Positions 6,613-11,962 of a DNA stretch of 11,962 nt are shown in pieces (the first letter of the stretch is position 1; each line of letters starts with the position of its first letter). This DNA is from Ignavibacteria bacterium (GTDB taxonomy: Bacteria; Elusimicrobiota; Endomicrobiia; PHAN01). The DNA lies in contig JBGFRZ010000029.1 in NCBI GenBank assembly GCA_041694835.1, forward strand, positions 1-11,962, given 5' to 3'. Both the position numbers and the translations under genes were made by a program. Below the pieces are notes generated by a model. It was given only the letters and a program-made list of their open reading frames with translations. It did not search any database and was not told where the DNA came from.

Positions 6613-7425
6613 ATGTATTTTTCTTGCATACCCGAGATTTTTTCAATAAAGTTAAAAGCGGATAAAATAAAAAGACGATTTTTGGACGAAATTCGTGAAA
6701 AATACGCCGATTTCATAATAGAAAAACCACCGACGGGCGCAGGAATCGCTCACATTAAATTTGAAGTTTCGCGGGGGGGGTCTGTGGCGACGGGAAAATC
6801 CGGGAAACACGGAAATAAACATTTTGTGTTCAGCAGGAGGGATGTCGATTTTCTGTTTGATATTTCTAAACTGACGGGCGTATGCAGGATATCCGAAAAC
6901 ATATACTCTTTCGATTCTTTTATGAGGTTGCTTTGGAGTGTAATGCTCGTTCGCACTCAAGGAATGCTTTTGCACAGTGCGGCTTTAACGATGGGCGGGT
7001 ATGCATATCTCTTCGTAGGCCCTTCGGGTGCGGGAAAATCAACTGTCGTCAAGAATTCACTTGCAGGGAATTTCGGGGTTATTTCGGACGAGCTCGTTCC
7101 AGTTTTTATAAGAGATAAAAAATTGTTGACCTCAAGGAGTCCTTTCTGGGGCGAGTTGGAGCCGGTTAAAAATACTTCGGGCGCCTGTTTCGAGGTAAAG
7201 AAGATATTTTTTCTTTCCGGACATTCGGAGGCGTTGTCTGTTCGTCGGGTATTTCAAGATGATGCCGTCGGCTCCCTGCTGAAAAATCTCTTTTGGGTTT
7301 TTGAATGCCCCGCGCTTTCGGAAAATATTCTTGGATTGGCTGGATGGATATACGAGAAGGCGCTTTGCAAAAAAATTTTTTTCAGAAAGGATTTTATTCC
7401 GACGGAGGAGTTTTTGAATTTATGA
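6613..7425 (+). CDS. HPr-kinase-related P-loop protein of the type found in RiPP clusters (ScmC/PadeK-like)
   Basis: LLHSAAL, Walker A GPSGAGKST, ISDE and SPFWGE motifs. Start is uncertain (TTG 6595 or ATG 6613). Its stop overlaps the PqqD start (ATGA). Confidence 0.8.
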   Translation: MYFSCIPEIFSIKLKADKIKRRFLDEIREKYADFIIEKPPTGAGIAHIKFEVSRGGSVATGKSGKHGNKHFVFSRRDVDFLFDISKLTGVCRISENIYSFDSFMRLLWSVMLVRTQGMLLHSAALTMGGYAYLFVGPSGAGKSTVVKNSLAGNFGVISDELVPVFIRDKKLLTSRSPFWGELEPVKNTSGACFEVKKIFFLSGHSEALSVRRVFQDDAVGSLLKNLFWVFECPALSENILGLAGWIYEKALCKKIFFRKDFIPTEEFLNL

Positions 7426-7673
7426 GGATTATAAAAGGTGTCGCGCACAGGAAAATCGATGGCAGGGTTTATGTTGTTGATTCAAAAAATTCGTCTCTCC
7501 ACTCATTGAATGAAACTGGAAGTTATATATGGGAGCGTCTTGCCGCCGGGTCTGACGAAAAAAAAATCGCAGCATCAATCGCTTCCAGGTATGATATCCC
7601 TGAAGCCGACGCCGTTAAAGATGTTTCGGATTTCATAAAAAAACTTAAAGCGAAAAATTTGGTTGAGCCATAA
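7422..7673 (+). CDS. PqqD-family RiPP recognition element (RRE), 83 aa
   Basis: MRIIKGVAHRKIDGRVYVVD...LHSLNETGSYIWERL....IAASIASRYDI....AVKDVSDFIKKLKAKNLV. SD GGAGGA at 7404-7409. ATG 7422 overlaps the upstream TGA. Confidence 0.92.
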   Translation: MRIIKGVAHRKIDGRVYVVDSKNSSLHSLNETGSYIWERLAAGSDEKKIAASIASRYDIPEADAVKDVSDFIKKLKAKNLVEP

Positions 7674-7813
7674 GAATGGTGAAACGAAGATATAATCGTG
7701 GCGGTCCGTCCCACGGAGATAGTTCATTTTTGCTGTGCATAATGCGTCATTGTGATGCTATCAAGTGATAACACCTTACAAAGGCGCTCTGACATCCTGC
7801 CACGACAACAATT

Positions 7814-8848
7814 ATGATAGCAAACGAGCTTTTCGATAAAACATACAAAAAGGGCATACCATTATACACCTTATTTGAACTAACATACAGATGCAACCTC
7901 CGATGCAGGCATTGCTATATCCCGGAAGTCGACAGGAAAACCGCTGAACTTGAAACAAGCAGGGTGAAGATGGTTATAAAGGATATATCCTTGCTTGGGG
8001 GTCTTTATATGGTTTTTACGGGCGGCGAGGTTTTCTTGAGAGGTGATATCTTTGAACTTTGTAAGTTTGCAAAGGGACTCGGTTTTTTCGTAATAGTTTT
8101 TACGAACGGGACGCTTCTTGACGCAAAAAAGATATCCGGACTCAAAGATGTCGGGGTTGACAAAGTTGAAATAAGTCTCTACGGCGACAAGGTTGCCCAC
8201 GACTATATCACGCGCAAAAAAAACTCCTATGAAAGAACTGTCAGGGCTGTAAAGGAGATGAAAAAACTTGGCATCGACGTGTGCATAAAATCGCCTTTGA
8301 TGAGCATTAATTTGAAGGACAGGAGATTTCTTGAAAATTTTGCAAAATTGCTGGGTATAAATTGTAAATTCGATGCTGTAGTTACCCCGAAAAACGATGG
8401 CGATGATTCACCCGTGCGATATAATCTGTCACGAAAAGAACTGAAAAAAATTTTTGCAGAATCAAAAACGAAATATCGAAGTTATGCGGGTGAAAAATTC
8501 GATATACAGAACTCTTTATCTTGCTCGGCGGGAAGAAATATCGTCGGCATAACCCCTTCCGGAAAAGTTTTTCCATGCATCCAGCTCCCTTATTTTCTCG
8601 GCGATTTGAATAAAAGCGGTTTTGCGGACATATGGCGCAAAAGAAAGTTGGATTTTTCTCAAAAAAGAAATCTCAAAAAGTATACGCTCTGTCTGGAATG
8701 CGGCTATCTTAATGACTGCAACCGGTGTCCAGGCCTGGCTCTTTTAGAGTCGGACGACATATACGGCTGTTCAAAAACAGCGAAATTCCTGGCTAAAATA
8801 GGAAAGAGGTTAGAGGTTAGAGGTGAGAGGTCAGAGGTGAGAAGTTAG
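7814..8848 (+). CDS. Radical SAM / SPASM-domain peptide maturase
   Basis: CNLRCRHC (CxxxCxxC), FTGGE and FTNGTLL. SPASM region CSAGR...GKVFPC...CLECGYLNDCNRCPG...YGC has 7 Cys. The last ~13 codons are encoded by a heptamer repeat. Confidence 0.93.
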   Translation: MIANELFDKTYKKGIPLYTLFELTYRCNLRCRHCYIPEVDRKTAELETSRVKMVIKDISLLGGLYMVFTGGEVFLRGDIFELCKFAKGLGFFVIVFTNGTLLDAKKISGLKDVGVDKVEISLYGDKVAHDYITRKKNSYERTVRAVKEMKKLGIDVCIKSPLMSINLKDRRFLENFAKLLGINCKFDAVVTPKNDGDDSPVRYNLSRKELKKIFAESKTKYRSYAGEKFDIQNSLSCSAGRNIVGITPSGKVFPCIQLPYFLGDLNKSGFADIWRKRKLDFSQKRNLKKYTLCLECGYLNDCNRCPGLALLESDDIYGCSKTAKFLAKIGKRLEVRGERSEVRS

Positions 8849-9060
8849 AGGTGAGTTTTTTCTCTTTTCTCTTCTCTCTTCTCTCTTCTCTGTCCTCTGA
8901 CTTCTGCCCTTGTGCTCCTGCATCCTGTATCGGTTCTGAACTCGTCTCTGTCCTCTGTTCCCTGTCCTCTGTCCTCTCGTCTCTGACCTCTGACCTCTGA
9001 CCTCTGTCCTCTGACTTCTGCTCTTGTGCCCTTGTGCTCTTGTGCACTTACGCACTTTCC
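8805..9060. repeat. Inverted heptamer/octamer tandem array between the rSAM gene and the precursor
   Basis: AGAGGTN x7 (8805-8853, one unit AGAAGTT), then TCTCTTC, TGTCCTC, TGACCTC and CTTGTGCN units. Confidence 0.9.
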
Positions 9061-9083
9061 TGCTCTATGAAATAAAAATTCTC

Positions 9084-9114
9084 TTGAAATTTGCCCAAAA
9101 TTTGTGTATATAAT
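9084..9114 (+). promoter_or_regulatory. Possible internal promoter for the precursor gene
   Basis: TTGAAA (9084-9089) and TATAAT (9109-9114) in an AT-rich stretch. The 19-nt spacer is suboptimal. Confidence 0.35.
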
Positions 9115-9137
9115 TTAGTTAAGGATAAGGAGGCAAA

Positions 9138-9290
9138 ATGGGAAAAACAAATGAGAAAAAAAAGCATTACAAAAAGCCGGAGATTAGAACAGAAAAGATA
9201 TTCGAAACAGCAGCGCTTTCCTGTGGAAAATGCACATCAGGCAACCCTGTTTTTAAAAGCGCCTGCAATATAGCGCCGAGACTTTCTTGA
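9138..9290 (+). CDS. Putative RiPP precursor peptide, 50 aa: MGKTNEKKKHYKKPEIRTEKIFETAALSCGKCTSGNPVFKSACNIAPRLS
   Basis: Strong SD TAAGGAGG (9126-9133), ATG 9138, TGA 9288-9290. Lys-rich leader with YxxP-x-I motif and a core with 3 Cys. Lies between the rSAM/SPASM and peptidase genes, and the next ATG is 3 nt after its stop. Confidence 0.88.
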   Translation: MGKTNEKKKHYKKPEIRTEKIFETAALSCGKCTSGNPVFKSACNIAPRLS

Positions 9291-9293
9291 AAA

Positions 9294-9638
9294 ATGTCAA
9301 GAACCGTATTTGCAGTTAAAACATCGGGCGGATGTATGAGGCCATTCATAGGAAGTGGTCGATTTGTTTTTATTCAGCGAAAGGAAAGATATAACTCGGG
9401 CGATGTAGTTTTTTACAGCTTGAGAGGTCAAAAATATATACACAGAATCGTAAAAATGAACAATAATGAAGTTGTCGTGTCCGATGATTGCGGGATAACG
9501 ACTCCTGTAAGAATTTCTTGTCATGACATAGTCGGTATTTGCCACACAGGATTGAATGGATATTGTGGTTTTTTATACAACTTTTTTACCAGATGGGCAT
9601 TTGCTTTGCGGGGAAAAATCCAATTGTCGAAGCTTTAA
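9294..9638 (+). CDS. S24/S26 (signal peptidase I-like) protein, putative leader peptidase
   Basis: GGCMRPFI..G (cf. GxSMxP), GDVVFY, IHRIVK and DIVG motifs. No N-terminal TM anchor. Confidence 0.78.
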   Translation: MSRTVFAVKTSGGCMRPFIGSGRFVFIQRKERYNSGDVVFYSLRGQKYIHRIVKMNNNEVVVSDDCGITTPVRISCHDIVGICHTGLNGYCGFLYNFFTRWAFALRGKIQLSKL

Positions 9639-11962
9639 TGAAGAAAAACTTTGCATTGATTATTATCGGCTTTTGTCTGCCTCTTACTGTCTGCAAAAGC
9701 CTTTCCGCCGCAACAAGGATAAAAACCGTTGAATATAATTTCGGTGTCGGGTCCTCAACAGGAGTGTCGTCAGGGGCGACTTATAGTTTCCCGACGCTCA
9801 ATTTCCGACTGCCCGACGCAACAACTATAAGGAAAGTATGGCTTGAACTTGACGGTCTTTCGGAAAGCGCTGTAAACACGAACATAAACGGTATTGACAT
9901 ATTTTTTAACCAGGGAACTTCCGCAACTACTATCCGAGACACCTTCCCCAACGCTATAATAGTCTACGGCACTGGTGATGAGAGTTTGAGATTTCATGTC
10001 AAATGTGAAATTCCGGGGTCAGTTTTTGCCAATGTGACATCATACAACAACTATACCGCTGCTGTAAGGTTAACATCGGCCTCCGGGCTTCTTTTCAATA
10101 TGCTAGTGCTGAAACTTTATATAACATACGAATACGATGACACCGCACTGATACAGGTCAACACGGTGAGGTTCCCGCTTAAAGCGAACTGGGCAGGCTC
10201 AATAGCATCAGCTCAAGGCGCCTCAGCTCCTGGAACAATTCCATTCACATACCAAACCGATATAGCAGAAAGCGGTTTTGCGAATTTCCTGATACATCAG
10301 CAGTGGTTTGAGATAAATGGTCATCGACTTTCCGGCGGAGTTACAACCGACGGAACTATAAGGGCACGTATAGGCACAAACGCATCCGCCCCGATGATGA
10401 CACTTGATGGCTCACTGATAGATTCCTACGACTTCCTTTATCTTACTTCAACAGGGACGATGAGCGGTTTTTCTGTGAACACTCAGCAGACGTTGAATAT
10501 TGAAACAACCCAGAATACGTTCTTTAATCTCGGTGGCGAGTGTGTTGTAACATATGAGTTTTCAAGGGATGCCGGAACTAAAACAAGGACGGTCTATTAT
10601 CTTGTAGGTCAGTCGACGGCACCCGGAATAGCGTTTCAATTCCCGGATGTCAACTTATTTCTTGAAGAGAGTGGTATTAGTTTCAGGGCGCTTTATTCAC
10701 GCATTCATGGAACTTACAACTCCGCAACCGCAGGAAATGTCACATGGGGGTACTCGGTAGGCGGCACCTCAGGGACAGCGCAGATATATTCTCATCAGAC
10801 ACAGTCACTATCAATAGGCAATCATCCGTTTTTTCTTGATTTATGGTCGGCAAACCCGGCTGTAAACTGGTCTAACGGCGCTCCGATAAGGGTTGCTTAC
10901 ACTCCCGCTAACACTACAAATACTGGCACTATGGGCGCGGAACTTATAGTTACTTATCAATACACCTCCGCGGCGAAGTGGACTGAGTTCTACAAAACAT
11001 TCGCCTATCAGGCGAACCACGGGGTCATAACATCTACATCTATTGCTTTTTCGCTCTTTTCACCGACGATAGAGATACCGCAAGGAAGAAAGGTAAGAAA
11101 CTCAGGGTATCTGGTGGGCGCCTTCAAGGTTCACAGGAACGCCGACACTATTACCACTGGTTACCGTATAACCCAGAATATAAACGCCCTTGCAGCACAA
11201 CTCCATACCCCGAGAACATCCGCAGAGGCAACATACACCACCGGCATTTACATCGACCCACTTCGACTTTTAACAACGACCAGTGCAACATTGACAGCGA
11301 ATGTAAGTGTGTCGGCAAACCAGATATTCCCTTGTGCGAATGCGAACATAACATATTCTTATTTCCCGCCGCCCAACACGCCAACCGCGCTTAATCAGTA
11401 TAAAGCCGACGGAACGACCTTCATTACTACGGGCACATGGACAAACCAGTCAACAGTTGTCCTGAAATGTAATATGTCTTCAAGAATTTCTGATACGTTG
11501 ACACCTGTTTTTGAAGTGAAACCTGTTGGGCAGACGTTTAATGGGGCAAACCTTTCAACAGGGACTGCAGTTAGTTATCCCGGAACTAGTGTTATTGTTG
11601 GTTCTGTGACAGTTACAGGTCTTTCCGACGGGACTACATACCACTGGCGTGCGAGGGTTATTTCACCGAATGGTTCGTCTTTATGGTCAAGTTTCGGCGG
11701 TAATCCTGACGGACAGATTGACTTTGGGGTTGACCGCAGCTCGCCGACCGTTTCGTTAGTATCGCCGCTTAATAATTCTGCCACAAATCAACTCTCTTTG
11801 ACTTTCCAATGGACGGGAACGGAGTTTCCTTCCGGGTCAAACTCCGGCATAAACGGCTATGAGTTTTATATCTCCACCACTTCAGATTTTTCCGTCTTTA
11901 CCTCTTCAGAGTTTGTAGTTGCTCCATCGCTTAATCGCTCCATCGCTCAATCGCTGTATTAC
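9638..11962 (+). CDS. Large secreted Thr/Ser/Gly-rich beta-sandwich protein with FN3/Ig-like modules, 3'-truncated (at least 775 aa)
   Basis: ATG 9638 overlaps the upstream TAA (TAATG). Manual translation is open to the window end: signal peptide MKKNFALIIIGFCLPLTVCKSLSA, later GLSDGTTYHWRARV (FN3-like) and DRSSPTVSLVSPLNNS...FQWTG...SGINGYEFYIS (Ig-like). Confidence 0.88.
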   Translation, partial: MKKNFALIIIGFCLPLTVCKSLSAATRIKTVEYNFGVGSSTGVSSGATYSFPTLNFRLPDATTIRKVWLELDGLSESAVNTNINGIDIFFNQGTSATTIRDTFPNAIIVYGTGDESLRFHVKCEIPGSVFANVTSYNNYTAAVRLTSASGLLFNMLVLKLYITYEYDDTALIQVNTVRFPLKANWAGSIASAQGASAPGTIPFTYQTDIAESGFANFLIHQQWFEINGHRLSGGVTTDGTIRARIGTNASAPMMTLDGSLIDSYDFLYLTSTGTMSGFSVNTQQTLNIETTQNTFFNLGGECVVTYEFSRDAGTKTRTVYYLVGQSTAPGIAFQFPDVNLFLEESGISFRALYSRIHGTYNSATAGNVTWGYSVGGTSGTAQIYSHQTQSLSIGNHPFFLDLWSANPAVNWSNGAPIRVAYTPANTTNTGTMGAELIVTYQYTSAAKWTEFYKTFAYQANHGVITSTSIAFSLFSPTIEIPQGRKVRNSGYLVGAFKVHRNADTITTGYRITQNINALAAQLHTPRTSAEATYTTGIYIDPLRLLTTTSATLTANVSVSANQIFPCANANITYSYFPPPNTPTALNQYKADGTTFITTGTWTNQSTVVLKCNMSSRISDTLTPVFEVKPVGQTFNGANLSTGTAVSYPGTSVIVGSVTVTGLSDGTTYHWRARVISPNGSSLWSSFGGNPDGQIDFGVDRSSPTVSLVSPLNNSATNQLSLTFQWTGTEFPSGSNSGINGYEFYISTTSDFSVFTSSEFVVAPSLNRSIAQSLYY

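Noticed and set aside
7305-7421. Longer N-terminus for the PqqD ORF
   Set aside because: It overlaps the kinase gene. The SD and the ATGA overlap support a start at 7422.
7422-8848. PQQ biosynthesis (pqqD/pqqE)
   Set aside because: No pqqB or pqqC is present, and the peptide lacks the PqqA ExxxY core.
8817-9055. Minus-strand ORFs rich in EDRGQR/QRTE
   Set aside because: These are artefacts of heptamer periodicity, antisense to the operon.
8805-9060. Possible CRISPR array
   Set aside because: The units are 7-8 nt tandem repeats with no unique spacers, and no cas genes are in the window.
9091-9273. 60-aa ORF from the track as the precursor
   Set aside because: It has a TTG start and no SD. 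The overlapping frame 9138-9290 has a strong SD, a YxxP leader, a Cys core and tight coupling to the next gene.
9138-9290. Lasso peptide interpretation
   Set aside because: The putative core has no Asp/Glu acceptor for a macrolactam, and no lasso cyclase or transglutaminase-like B2 protease is in the window.
9770-11784. Short minus-strand ORFs (9770-9997, 11151-11384, 11575-11784)
   Set aside because: They are antisense shadows of the long + strand ORF starting at 9638.

Overview
Bacterial genomic window, probably from a diderm lineage such as Elusimicrobiota or an FCB relative (inferred from the PorV-like/FlgD-Ig/OmpA gene content, not verified). Left to right: the 3' end of a probable IS1595-family transposase, tRNA-Ser(GGA), a repeat-filled MITE-like element, a minus-strand pair of envelope genes (PorV/PorQ-like + FlgD-Ig + OmpA fusion, and a FlgD-Ig/CTD protein), an AEC-family permease, and a bactofilin + M23 peptidase pair. 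From 6613 onward lies a plus-strand RiPP-like cassette: HPr-kinase-like P-loop protein, PqqD/RRE, radical SAM/SPASM enzyme, a 50-aa Cys-containing precursor missing from the ORF track (9138-9290), an S24/S26-like peptidase with Cys in place of the catalytic Ser, and a large secreted beta-rich protein (9638 to beyond the window end, also missing from the ORF track). Intergenic regions carry small mobile or repetitive DNA: MITE-like elements with 5-bp target duplications, nested palindromes, and inverted heptamer arrays that extend into coding sequence.
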